Shown in pieces: positions 21,954 through 32,525 of a stretch of 35,402 nt of DNA. The stretch lies in NCBI GenBank assembly GCA_000934665.2, contig JYFJ02004038.1, positions 1 to 35,402 on the forward strand. The letters are read 5' to 3'. Source of the stretch: Catajapyx aquilonaris (lineage: Eukaryota). Made by a program: the position numbers and the translations under genes. Within the stretch, counting starts at the first letter, position 1; the number at the start of each line of letters is the position of its first letter. Below the pieces are notes generated by a model. It was given only the letters and a program-made list of their open reading frames with translations, was not told the origin of the DNA and ran no database searches.

Positions 21954-22102
21954 GGTATCATCAGTTGAAAAAGAATTGTCCCAGTCATCCTGATGTGTGT
22001 GCTGCCCGCTCGACACACACCATGTAACTTACATGGTGTGTGTCGAGCGGCCAGCCCACACGTCAGGATGACTGGGACAGTTCTTTTTCAACTGATGATA
22101 CC
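21954..22102. repeat. 149-bp near-perfect palindrome (74-bp arms, 1-nt spacer at 22028)
   Basis: ggtatcatcagttgaaaaagaa...accatgtaa c ttacatggt...ttctttttcaactgatgatacc. Confidence 0.92.
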
Positions 22103-22835
22103 CTCACTCCCTCCTTGGAGCATGCGTGGAAATTTGAAAAGTGGGAGGTGCCAGATGTGAATTCTCAGAGAGCCACTGCCTGTAGAAGCCTTTGCGGGAA
22201 CCAGCTAACAGACAACCAAAGAGTGAAGGTTATAGAGAATTGAAGGACAAATTATTAGGAAAAGCAATGGCAATATCTTGTTGACATCATTTGACTCTGG
22301 AGAATTTCTTAAAGCAATTATTCAATTTTGCAGTCACATGCAAGTTGTAGAGAAAGTTTAACAGTAAAACTGTTGGCTACAAGGTGCGGTGTAAATAGCC
22401 TGACTGTCACTACTGTCAATGGGATGTTTCAGTAGATTAGATTTGTTGCTGGAACTTTGCGTGTGTCTTGTGGAGTTGAAATAGTGATTGCTGAAATTTT
22501 AATGCCAATAATTCAAATAATGCGTGTCATTCGGTGAACACATAAAGTAGGAAACTGCCTAGGCATGTTTCATTTGCTGTACTTTTGAGCCACTCATATA
22601 CATGCGGTGTGCATGCTCCACTGGAACATATGCACTATGATTAGGGGCAAAAGGTGATATCATACTACTGGGTGTAATGAGTACCATGTAATTCTCATGT
22701 GAATTTTATGCTAAAAATCAGTGCAGTAATTTAACTATGGAAATCATACATGTGGAGTGCCCTTGCACAGAGAATCCCTGTAATTCTGACACTACTGGTT
22801 ACAAACATAAATAATTTCTGTTAGGGGATATTTAA

Positions 22836-23350
22836 CCCTTTGATGGAGTTGTTTTTTTTTGCCGTTTTTTCTTTTCTTGATGAAAATGTAGTAGGAGTGA
22901 TATTAATGACAAACAATATGCTCAAATATTTATCATTTTAACTCGTGGTGGTCCTTTGGAATGTAAAATGCCGAAAAAATTCATCTACAGGGTGTTACAG
23001 ATTTTTTTTAAAAGGTGCAAATAACTTTAAATGTAATTAAATTTATTTAAAATTTTAAAGTCACTATAAAATTGTTACTATGGTTACAAAATAATACTAA
23101 AACACTACTATGAGAAATTCCTAAGAGTCCAGACTTACGGGACACCCTGTTCTGACGCGGGAGGGGGTATTTTTAGCTAACGCTGGGAGGTGGAAAAACT
23201 TATTAGCATACGCCATGGTAGTTGAGCCCCCTTCCACGAGGTGGTCGGAGCAGTTTGAGCCTCAAACTGCGCCGTTTCTACCCGCGCCCACCCGGGGGGC
23301 CCGCGAAAAAACCAGAAGGACATCATATGACGTCCGTAGGCCTCAAAGGG
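22836..23350. mobile_element. TTAA-flanked (piggyBac-like) MITE with an internal CAGGGTG-type MITE remnant (about 22988-23148)
   Basis: ttaa|CCCTTTGA ... TCAAAGGG|ttaa. The internal end ccagacttacgggacaccctg matches the 31265-31557 family. Confidence 0.6.
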
Positions 23351-23985
23351 TTAACAGATCCATAGCTATTATTGCAAGTGATTTCATGAATAATTGTGAA
23401 AGGAGTTTTGAATGGCATAGACAATTTCATTTCCCACCAACTGGTGTCATATTTCTCAGGTTGCTTTTTCCTTGCACATGCCAGTGGCATGTGCATGCTA
23501 CTTTGCATTTCATGATCAAATATGTGCAGTGTAAGTGTGGCAACATTTGCATTCTTCTGTCAGATGTATGTTGCATATTCTTTTACTTCTGTTGTTCAGT
23601 TTTATAACTAAAATGTAGTGTGTTCTTTGAGGTTGCCTCAGAAATTAATTTTGCACAAATGTAAAATTATGAATAACTATGAAGAAGTCTTGAAGGTTGA
23701 AGCTCCTTAGATAATCGAAATTCCACATCTGCAGTTGCAGAGTAAAAGCCACTGCAGTTTATCCTGCAATATATTCAATAAAATTTGTTGTAAACCTGTC
23801 ACTTCGTATACAGTAGTAGGAAACAAATCACCTGTAACCACTACAGAATGCCACCATAATCTGAGATTCTGTTCCAGTGGCAAACATTGCACTGTGTATG
23901 AGCCCTGGCTACCTGCCAACCCCCCTCCCCCTTTGCATGTTTAAGGGGGTCAGAACTGCCCAAAACCTGCTTTGTCTCTTTCCAG

Positions 23986-24045
23986 ATTAAACCTCACAAA
24001 GCGCCCCTTGCTTCAATAGAAGACATGGAAGATGGGGAAGCTTAG
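23986..24045 (+). CDS. l(2)gl: Lgl distal terminal exon, coding part: IKPHKAPLASIEDMEDGEA*
   Basis: Strong ctttgtctctttccag acceptor; phase 0 matches exon L. TAG at 24043-24045, followed by about 1.8 kb of UTR-like sequence. Confidence 0.7.
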   Translation: MKPHKAPLASIEDMEDGEA

Positions 24046-24482
24046 GAGGCGTCAAGTGGCTTATGAACATGATTTTTTACATAAATTCATTTTTGGTTTA
24101 ATGCATGAAGATATGAATGGAAGTTAAGTTACAATCATCTGATGGATGGTGGATGGTATATAGTAGGTAATCGTTGGCAACTCGAGAAACTAGTTTAATG
24201 CTATTTTGGTATGTGATTGCTTGTTCTGCAGCTGTTTCCTTCTCGTCTCATCCATTTTTTCAGTTGCATAGGAGGATGGTTTTGTGAAGTTGATGGATGC
24301 AACTGTGTTGTATACTTTTAACCAAGTTATTCAGTGAAAAGCTGGTACATTCCCCTTCTGTGTTTTGGGGTCTAATGTGTTGTGTTGTGTGGCTCAATTG
24401 ATATGTTCTTATGTGGAGTTTCACTATTTTAAATGTTGCCAGCTCATCATAATTTACCATTCTGGAAGAGCTGTAATTTGAG

Positions 24483-24581
24483 CTTGTGATGTTCTCAGTT
24501 GTTGCAGGCAGGAAAAAAAAAATTGGCTGAAGTTCAGCCAATTTTTTTTACCTGCCTGCATTCAACTGAGAGCATCACAAG
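24483..24581. repeat. 99-bp palindrome in the putative Lgl 3' UTR
   Basis: cttgtgatgttctcagttg..tgcaggcagg(A)n ttggctgaa g ttcagccaa (T)n cctgcctgca..caactgagagcatcacaag, centred at 24532. Confidence 0.88.
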
Positions 24582-25719
24582 TCCATTCATGGAAAGTATA
24601 CAGTTAAAGCGAAACTTTTCATATGTGATTTTGTTTGCAATCTTGCCAGTTCCATAGCATTCCTTTAGTTACTAGTAGTTAATTCCAAGAATGCTGCCAA
24701 GCTTGTACTTGATGAAAAAGAAGAAAAGAAAAAAGAAAAATTAACATCAGGACTGACGTGGTCAATGACCAGTGTGATCTCACATGAAACCTTCACAGAT
24801 ACTGGTCATGTGATTCGCATGATGCATCATCCCTTTCTCTTTTAGGTACATTTGAAAACACTTCCATGAGACATGACTGTGATTGTTAATATCTATGACT
24901 CATTTTGAAAGGAACTTTCTTCCCACCCTCTCCCCCCTCCCTTTTATTTTCTTGTGAGGGATGGTTGCCCAAATGAATAGCTCAAATCAGAGTACAGTCG
25001 TGGGCCAGATATGCAGATTTGAAGCTTTTTCGTTTGAACACTAAGGGCATTTAACATTCAGTTTACGCCATAAGAAGTTATTGTTGTCAAACAGTATCGT
25101 ACTTCTATGCAGAGAAAAAACCCTAAGCAGAGTAACATAATATTGTATTGAGTTGGTACAAAAGGTTTCTTGAGAGAAGCTTGAGTGATATGGATTAGGC
25201 AAACCATGAACTATACCAGTGTTTCTAACCCAATTTTAAATCCACATCTGCAAAAGTGCAGATACACATCACAACAGAGATCCTTGCAGATATTTTTCCC
25301 TATTTTGACCAATCGATAATTTTTATTATTATTGCTAAGATTGCGCATTGTTTGCATTTCATTTTAGTCAATGAAATGGTTAGGTTCACTTTTGAAACAA
25401 TTTTTTACCACGAAGTCAGTAAGATGGGTTGATATGTTTTAATTGCCATCTGGGCTATTGATATTAGGATTACATAAAAGAATCCTTGTCTTTCTTCCCA
25501 ACAGCCACATGTAACCTGTAAGCCATTTCGCAGGTTTGTCATGTGATGTGAGCATAGCTGTCACAGGCTTTATTGTGGTACTTTTTCAATAGTGCACTTA
25601 GCTAAGGTTTCATTAGGTGTGAGTAGCATTGATTATATCTGATGTAATTTTTTATGTTTGCTACCAATCTTTTCCTGTGGCAAGTAAAATGAATGAAACA
25701 ATTACAATTTGTTTTGTTT

Positions 25720-25725
25720 TTTATT
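25720..25725 (-). terminator. Candidate NUDT8 polyadenylation signal AATAAA
   Basis: tttatt on +. First canonical hexamer outside the MITE downstream of the NUDT8 stop, followed by U-rich sequence on -. Confidence 0.5.
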
Positions 25726-25844
25726 TCCATTTCCGGCCATCACTAATAAGTGCTCATTACTGACGTTCAAAGAGAACTTACACCAAAAAAGTGGTGTTTG
25801 TGAACACGAACATTGGTAAAGACTCGCTTCCAGAGGCAACCAAC

Positions 25845-25850
25845 ATTAAA
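25845..25850 (+). terminator. Candidate Lgl polyadenylation signal ATTAAA
   Basis: Followed by CA at 25861-25862 and a U/GU-rich tract (tctttggttttgt). I saw no AATAAA on + between 24046 and 25890. Confidence 0.4.
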
Positions 25851-25894
25851 AATACCATTGCATCTTTGGTTTTGTAACTGCTCACAGCAACTTA

Positions 25895-26267
25895 GGGGCC
25901 ATGCAAATACCACGTGACCGATTTTAGGCCACTTTTTGACCCCCCCCCCCCCCCCCCCCCCACNCACGTGGTTTTTTTTTCAATGTCAATGCTATCAGAA
26001 AAAAACGTGATCGAAAATGATAGATCCTCGACTAAACTGTTTAAGCACGTGAAAAAACATGTCTCCCCATGTTTTCGGGGTAGATGATTTCGAATTTTAG
26101 GTTATTTTGAACCCATGTGCATCTGTAAAAGCTCCCAAATGTGCCCAGTCACCATGTTCCGAGATACCACGTGAACTGTCGCCGACCCTCCCCCCCGTGA
26201 CCAACCGTGGTATATCAGCAGCACCCCCCATCCCCCCAAAACGGTCACGTGGTATTTGCATGACCCC
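25895..26267. mobile_element. PIF/Harbinger-like MITE, TTA TSD, in the NUDT8 3' UTR
   Basis: tta|GGGGCCATGCAAATACCACGTGACCG ... CGGTCACGTGGTATTTGCATGACCCC|tta; 26-bp TIR with one mismatch. Confidence 0.9.
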
Positions 26268-26990
26268 TTACATACTGCTACTGTCAACAGGTTTCAAATA
26301 CTGAAGCTTTAGTTTGTACAGACCAGGTAAAAGAGCTAGCAGGACTTGATGAGTAAGGATAGCTGTCATGCCCCAAATTCGATGTTCTCCACCCACGAAG
26401 ACAGGTAAAGTGTACCTTGACTTTTTAAACTGGGTGTATCTTGCATTCTCTGGTGAAGCCAGGCTCCTTAATGTCCTGGTGAAGGCAAGTTCAACTTCAG
26501 CATGATTGACACGAAGCTTGCTGATGTCCACTTCACCAATGCACCCTAACAGAGGGCGTATGACAATTTGGCCTGTCTTATCAGTCACTGGAGCAAATTG
26601 TGTCCATATTTTAACTTGTTCCCTGCTGATTCCCAGCTCCTCCTCTTGTTCTCGTAGGGCAGTTTCTATGAGGTCCTTATCTTGTGTATCAGACAGACCA
26701 CCTGGGAAGCTGACCTGACCTGCGTGGCTCCTCATATGTTTATTTCGTAGTGTGTATAATAACGAGGCTTCTTCATTCACAGTACACAGGGGTATTATGA
26801 CTGCAGCTTCACGTCTCACGATGTCAGCTTTTGGGAGGCGGACGCCCCGTGCCTTTGCCAAGCTGGCAATACAATTCCTCTTGTTGTCAGGAGAGAGAGC
26901 ACTCTCAAAAGTGAGGCTGCTAAATGGTGCTAGTCTGATCACTTGGTGGTTTCCAAAGCTGCTAGCCATCTTGGTGTGCATTTTCAACAT
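26268..26990 (-). CDS. NUDT8: Nudix hydrolase, CoA diphosphatase subfamily (NUDT8-like, probably mitochondrial), about 240 aa, single coding exon
   Basis: CoAse motif LLYTLRNKHMRSHAGQVSFPGG followed by the Nudix box GGLSDTQDKDLIETALREQEEELGI. C-terminal YTLPVF.GG.HRIWGMTA typical of NUDT8. First ATG at 26990, alternatives at 26981 and 26969. An acceptor tctattgcag ends at 27003, implying an upstream exon. Confidence 0.92.
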   Translation of the reverse strand: MLKMHTKMASSFGNHQVIRLAPFSSLTFESALSPDNKRNCIASLAKARGVRLPKADIVRREAAVIIPLCTVNEEASLLYTLRNKHMRSHAGQVSFPGGLSDTQDKDLIETALREQEEELGISREQVKIWTQFAPVTDKTGQIVIRPLLGCIGEVDISKLRVNHAEVELAFTRTLRSLASPENARYTQFKKSRYTLPVFVGGEHRIWGMTAILTHQVLLALLPGLYKLKLQYLKPVDSSSM

Positions 26991-27091
26991 GCATCTGGTA
27001 CTCTGCAATAGAGAACATTGCTGTAAATAGGAAACTAGAAAGCAGGGTGTTCTGGTAGGAGTGAGACAGGCTGGAGGGGCATGGCCTAATT

Positions 27092-27214
27092 TGCGGTTTC
27101 CAAACTTTTACCAACTACGACCCCATAAACATGTTTCCATAAATGTGCGACCCTCCCAGTGGACCCCCCCCCCCCCCNNNCCCCCCCCCCCCCCCCCGGG
27201 GTTGGAAACCACTG
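27092..27214. mobile_element. Small degenerate hAT-like MITE
   Basis: gcggtttccaaac ... ggttggaaaccactg, with flanking gcctaat repeats. Contains an N-gapped poly-C run. Confidence 0.4.
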
Positions 27215-27222
27215 GCCTAATA

Positions 27223-27472
27223 TGAGGGGTGTGGTGGAAAAAACATCATAACTGACAAAGGTGTAATTTTGCAGGAGAGCGAATTGAAGTTTGCATTTTC
27301 TAACAAATCATAGGGAATGCTGGTTTTGATCTAGTCAGTGTGGCCGTCTCGTGCATGATACGTGAACTTGGAGTATACCAAACTGTTTGTCATGTCTTAT
27401 ACATAGTTGCTAGGTGTTTAGGTCAAAAATGACAAAAATGTCAGTTATCATGTTTTTCCACCACACCCCTCA
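27223..27472. mobile_element. Mariner-type MITE, TA TSD
   Basis: ta|TGAGGGGTGTGGTGGAAAAA-CAT.ATAACTGACA ... TGTCAGTTATCATGTTTTTCCACCACACCCCTCA|ta. Confidence 0.85.
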
Positions 27473-27949
27473 TATGACCTTTGATTAATCCATTCCTTCT
27501 GAAAGAGAATGATGGGATAGAAGTATGGTCTATCATTGCAGTTTCTGAAAGCCAACCCTGGACTAATAGTAAAATCAGGCAGAGTTTCTCCAAGACACTT
27601 GCTGAGACATGACAAACAATGCGGAATGCAAGAGCTACCAGTTACAGCAGTATCAGGATGCTGTGCAATGTATGAGGGCGGTACCAAAATGATTAACAAT
27701 TTGTTTTTTGCCACAGACACAATGCACATGCAGGTCGAAAAATAGGCACACATTATACTATAGACAGAATCCTCCTGGAGCAGAATTCACTGGCACTGTG
27801 GCCAACTTCTCCAGGCCCTCCAGGAACCACTTTTTGGTGGTGTGACTCACCGACTCCCGGACAACTCTTCACAGTCAACAATGTCCTCGAAATGGCATCG
27901 CGAAGGGACTTTCTTAATATATTCGAACAGATGAAAGTCACTGGAGGCA

Positions 27950-28022
27950 GGGGGCATGGTGGTCTAGTGGCTATTCTACTGGCCAGCCAAGCGGGAGGTC
28001 CAGGGTTCAAATCCCGTCCGCC
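27950..28022 (+). mobile_element. tRNA-like Pol III head (SINE 5' fragment or tRNA pseudogene)
   Basis: A box TGGTCTAGTGG and B box GGTTCAAATCC. Poor acceptor stem; embedded in the mariner relic. Confidence 0.65.
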
Positions 28023-28298
28023 TTAAGAGGAAGGATTAGTTGCGGAGGGGTCCCATTGTCTTCCACGACAACCCTTGCTGTCATGTGGCCATTGCTGTTC
28101 GGAAATTTTCTTCAGAAATGGGAATGGGAGCTGTTGGAACATCCTCCCTATTCATCTGACATTATTATGGTATTGATGCTGCTTTCCGATTTCCCTTTCC
28201 AATTCCATGCAGGTCCATCGCCGGTCCATATCCAACAAAGTTGTCACAGCTTCGATATGGGTCGAGTCTGTTGCGGCATGGAAAGGGGCCTTATTTAA

Positions 28299-28911
28299 CA
28301 CTTAATCACCAACTTTTTGGACCCCACAATGTAGTTAAACCATCGCGATTAATAAATTTTATATGAAATGAAAAATGGCAGGGCTATATTCCTCGGACAT
28401 ACTTTCTTCAATCCAATGAAAAATTTTGACATCAGTAGAATTTTTTTTAGCCGAGTTAACGGTACTTTTATGCTGCTAAGCGTCCCTGTGGGGTCCAGAT
28501 ATACCCCTAGCCAATGTACATAATTTTTTAGAGAACACGTCACAGCGCATCACAGAAAAATTGTATTTTATAAAGTGTGAGTGTTGTTATTCAGCAATAA
28601 ATATTGCTCGGAACTAAAATCTTGCAGACCCTGCAGCTGGGAACGTTTACGTTATAAGTCATTACTTACGGCATCGAGCTGGAAGGCTACGAAGGTTCGA
28701 TAACGAAGTCTCAGGTCCCTTATGACTAAACTAATGGTCACAGGAGATCGATTTTTTTACACATACAGATGAGAATACAGGCCGTATTTAGCGTGGAAGA
28801 ATGGCTTTAGTGCTATTAAGTCAAATTTTTTAAAACATGAAAACTGCGTGGGGTCCGTAAAGACCCCACGTCGTAGCCAATGTATGGCAGATTCATGTTG
28901 GTGATTAAGTG
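28299..28911. mobile_element. TTAA-flanked (piggyBac-like) MITE inserted in the mariner relic
   Basis: ttaa|CACTTAATCACCAAC ... GTTGGTGATTAAGTG|ttaa; perfect 15-bp TIR. Mariner coding remnants lie on both sides. Confidence 0.88.
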
Positions 28912-30029
28912 TTAAAAATGTGTATGAACCTTGCAATGGTATGATACGGAGGCAGTCACCACACGCCTGCACAAGACCTTGATGGTGCTGTCTGGCAGAT
29001 TTTCCACATGAAACAGGGAATTTGATGAAGCAGGGCGCTCACGTAAATGGGTACACTTTGAACAGGCACTGCTCCACACATACTGCTGCGACTGCTTCGC
29101 AAATGGTACTGTATGGTTCCCCAGGGCTGACTCTGAAAGTACCTATCCACATTCGGTCCTGGCAGCCTGGGGTGCCGAGTGGTAACAGTGTTGCCAATAA
29201 TTATTATCGGACAACCCTCTTATATCGCCTGTGCCACGTGTAATGATACCTAGTATTTCTTTCTAAAATTTTCCTCTTCATTTTCCTATTAACTACAGTA
29301 ATAGTTATATTGCTAAATGGACAGCATATAGCTTGTACCATATTGACAATGCTTATACAGTTGACTCCGGATACAAGCGCCTTGGCTATAAGCAACCCTC
29401 GGATTTAGCCAACTCAAAAGGCTAATCCCAGCATATTGCCACTTATTATGGGCTGCAAATTTGGATATAGGAAACTTCAGTTATAGTAAGCAGATTTCTG
29501 AAGTCCCTTGAAGTCTCTCATATCGGGAGTCGACTGGATGTAATTTTCATGATGCTTATATATATGACAGTGACAATATTCTGATTAGAATAGAATTAGA
29601 ATTTTATAGTTGTAGCAAAGTGACATGTGCCCCATTTAGTTGACCTTTTGATGAAGCTGAGAGGTGGACACCATCCTGACCCCATGTAACGTGTAGCGGC
29701 TAGGTGATATAGTTACACTACCTAACGTAATCTCCATTTCAGTGGTCCTCCAGTGACGTTATGGGGTGACCGGGCGACACTGTGGAAAGCAGCCTCACTG
29801 TGAGGTGAAGGTTGGGCCATAAAATCATTACTGCAACATGTAATGGATGTGTTGTCCACGCGTGTCCACGTGAAGTTAGTGAAAAAAAACCTCATTGAGG
29901 GATCACGGCCTAGTCCGGCCTAGTCTGAGAGTGAATAATTTCTCTATTCTCCCTTTTTCAGTTACCTGTGGCTGATTATAAATCTGAAACTAAGTCCGTG
30001 AAAGGCATCATACCATGTTAAAACCAGTA

Positions 30030-30490
30030 CCAAACGTGTCGGCAGGCTCAGTGAAGGATCTTCGGCTCGCCTCGGTTAATTTTCAAGAGTTTGAAATTAT
30101 GCAACCAAAACATCCAACATGGCCGACGTGACGTCATCAAGTAAGGCTCCGAGTTTACTACTAACTTTTTTAATACTAGAAATAATTTTTTATACCCAAT
30201 AATTCCAAAATATGTGTAAATTAAAGGGCACAAATATTTTTATTGGCATTCTGTATTTGTTTAAGTCGGTTGGCAACGCCTGTTGATTTTTTGAGGTCGG
30301 AATATTCTGAAGACGACGGCGGGCAGAATAACGCTATTTTTTTAGCTCCCGTTTTTACACCGGCTTTACGCCGATTTTACTCCTCAGCTAGTGGCCTAAC
30401 CCCTAGAAGATGCCGCGTAGACCACCCCGTAGCGGGCGGAAGCCATTAAATGACCAACCATCGTTCTTGGAAGACCGTGCTATCGGTGAG
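30030..30490. promoter_or_regulatory. CpG-enriched candidate promoter region, possibly driving NUDT8 and/or a divergent transcript
   Basis: Local CpG enrichment in a CpG-poor window. Perfect CRE TGACGTCA at 30129-30136, CAACATGGCCG (YY1-like), GTTGGCAAC (RFX half-site-like) at 30269-30277, and GCGGAAG (ETS-like) at about 30436. Candidate minus-strand donor CAG|gtaac at 29966/29965. Confidence 0.4.
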
Positions 30491-31264
30491 ATTACATTAG
30501 AATCAAAGAAGGCCCTTATTATGGGTGCCATTTATATGCAGTAACTGGAAGTGACTCGAGGTCAAATCCAAACTAACCCTGTGCCTGTGCTAAGACATGA
30601 GTGTAGCCTGTGTAGGTATGTGAGGTGCAGATAAATGAAAGTATGCTAGTTAACCTTAGGCGGACCTGGTCACAATTAAATGAGCTGTAATCATTTACGC
30701 CTGCCTTTGTTACAATGTATAATTGAGTGATTGTTGGGCGTAATGTAATTTGGCGGTCTCAGTTTATGGAATACATTGAATCCTCTGGAACTGCGCATTG
30801 ATAACATTCAAAGGAAGGGCGGGTGGGGGGGGGGGGGGGNGCCCATGGAACAAATATGGGTTTTACCATAGTGGCAGAAGAGCCAGGTGTTCCAAAAGGG
30901 ATGCCTGGCCAGACCTTTCTTGGTCCAACTGCCATGAGGGCAGGTGACACAGGTGGAGGAAAGCAAGAAAAAATGAGAAGGAATAATGAATATCTCGAGT
31001 TCGATCTTTCAAATGTGTTCCACAAGACCCAACAAGACCATAATATTGAGACACTACCTGCCCTACTGCTGGACCAAATGTTCCATACCTGCCTCTGACT
31101 GCTGTGATGCAAATGCTCCTTCAGTTACCAAAGAAACTTTACCGCAGGTGAATGGAACATTATTTTGGTCTAGCTGTTTGACTGGTTGTGTCACGGTGGT
31201 TTTAGAGAATACACTTGAATAAACCATGCACTTTAAGATTTCCTTAGCCTCCTCCTTCTATCTA

Positions 31265-31557
31265 CAGGGTGTCCCAAAAGTCTGGACCCATAGGAATTTC
31301 TCATGTTACAGTGTTGTAGTAAATGGTTACGGTATGTAACATTGTATTATATATAGGCCTATACGGTATATAACGGGCAGCCCGTTTGTGCGCCCCTCCC
31401 GCAGGTTTGCGCGATACGTCGAAGATTCAGCCCTTATTGAGTAAACTTGCGACTATACCAGCACTATACAATGTTTTATGGTTGCGTAGTAACCATCAGT
31501 CACTACAACATTGTAACATGAGAAACACTTATGGTTCCAGACTTATGGGACACCCTG
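31265..31557. mobile_element. Tc1/mariner-type MITE
   Basis: ta|CAGGGTGTCCCAAAAGTCTGGACCCATAGG...tctcatgttaca is inverted at 31490-31557. Confidence 0.82.
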
Positions 31558-32525
31558 CATATACCCGTGTGTCGCTCGCTGGCCAATATGGTGGTTGGTT
31601 CTGAAGAACATTACTGGTTCTCCTGACACTATGAAGCCACCCTATTAGGTCCATTGTTACTATATTAATAATTTTGTTGGAATTGATAACATTTTTCCCT
31701 GGACTTATTCATGACCATGTTACCATGTATGGTTCACTGTCTGACTCGAATTTGATTGAGCCTTGTACATGCAAGAGCTCATGGCTCAGGTTACTCCTTC
31801 GTCATTGCTTTTACTTCGTCAGTGCCTATAAAATGAAGGCATGTGGCAGTGCAGAACATGGGCATATATGCTGCCCAAATTGGGAGGCTTGGTTGACTCA
31901 GTGGAGTCACAGGTTGGGACATGTGTTGATGTCCTTGGCAAGAAAGTAGACTGATCGCTCCATATGCTCCTATGCAGAGTGACCCAAAGTCTGGACCGGT
32001 CTGGACACATCCAGTAGGTAATTGTATTGTATTGTTGATTACCTGGTTGCCAGTTGTCAACCAACAATACAATGCAATTACAATACAATATTATTACCTT
32101 CAACCCAATATGGTCCCAGATTTTGTAAGCCTGTATCGAGCCCTCTTGCTCCGAAAATATGGGGCAGAGGCCATATGACAATGCACATAGGCATTAATCC
32201 AAGTCTTGAACAGTTCAAGTGGTGCACCTTTGACCATGCAGACTGTGGTCCAGGTCTTGCACAAAGGGACCTACTTGTTTCACCACCTCATGACCATGTC
32301 TGAATATAGTTGATATGTCCACTTTCATTTGACTGACCCTTGCAGATACACTCTGATTGTTAAGGTGCCAATCTCACCACCATTGTAATTATTATAAATT
32401 AATTACTTAGTAAATTATAATAGCAATTTTAACATCAATAAAAGTAACAGTAATACAGGTAAATTCTTGATCCATGGTCTATCTTCCATGGTGCAGTCAG
32501 GAATGTGGGATCATCTATCAATGTA

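Larger units (their letters stand above)
21369..22182. mobile_element. TA-flanked MITE hosting a SINE and a palindrome
   Basis: ggcagcgg...gagaatgcatgtctggcacctcccactttt is inverted at 22137-22182 (aaaagtgggaggtgccagatgtgaattctc...ccactgcctg|ta). Confidence 0.7.
27673..29220 (-). pseudogene. Degenerate, internally deleted and rearranged mariner (DD34D) transposon
   Basis: Minus-strand fragments FIKFPVSCGKSARQHHQGLVQACGD (about 28950-29030), HIEAVTTLLDMDRRWTCMELEREIG (about 28185-28260) and ASSDFHLF (27925-27948). Plus-strand LRRGPIVFHDN...WEWELLEHPPYSSDI (28040-28163). Degenerate ends ta|tgagggcgg and accctct|ta. Confidence 0.8.

Noticed and set aside
27950..28022. Functional tRNA gene
   Set aside because: A and B boxes are present, but the acceptor and anticodon stems pair poorly and there is no oligo-T terminator. 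The heads at 21521, 32876 and 34961 are likewise SINE parts.
28664..28850. Possible NUDT8 5' UTR exon ending at a minus-strand gtaagt donor
   Set aside because: It lies within the TTAA MITE at 28299-28911 and cannot be supported without transcripts.
30823..31222. 91-aa and 78-aa ORFs downstream of the CpG-rich region
   Set aside because: No recognisable domain or convincing splice sites, and the first ORF starts in an N-containing poly-G run. A tBLASTx search could revisit it.
31960..32180. Imperfect inverted repeats (attgtattg / caatacaat)
   Set aside because: Too degenerate and low in complexity to define boundaries.
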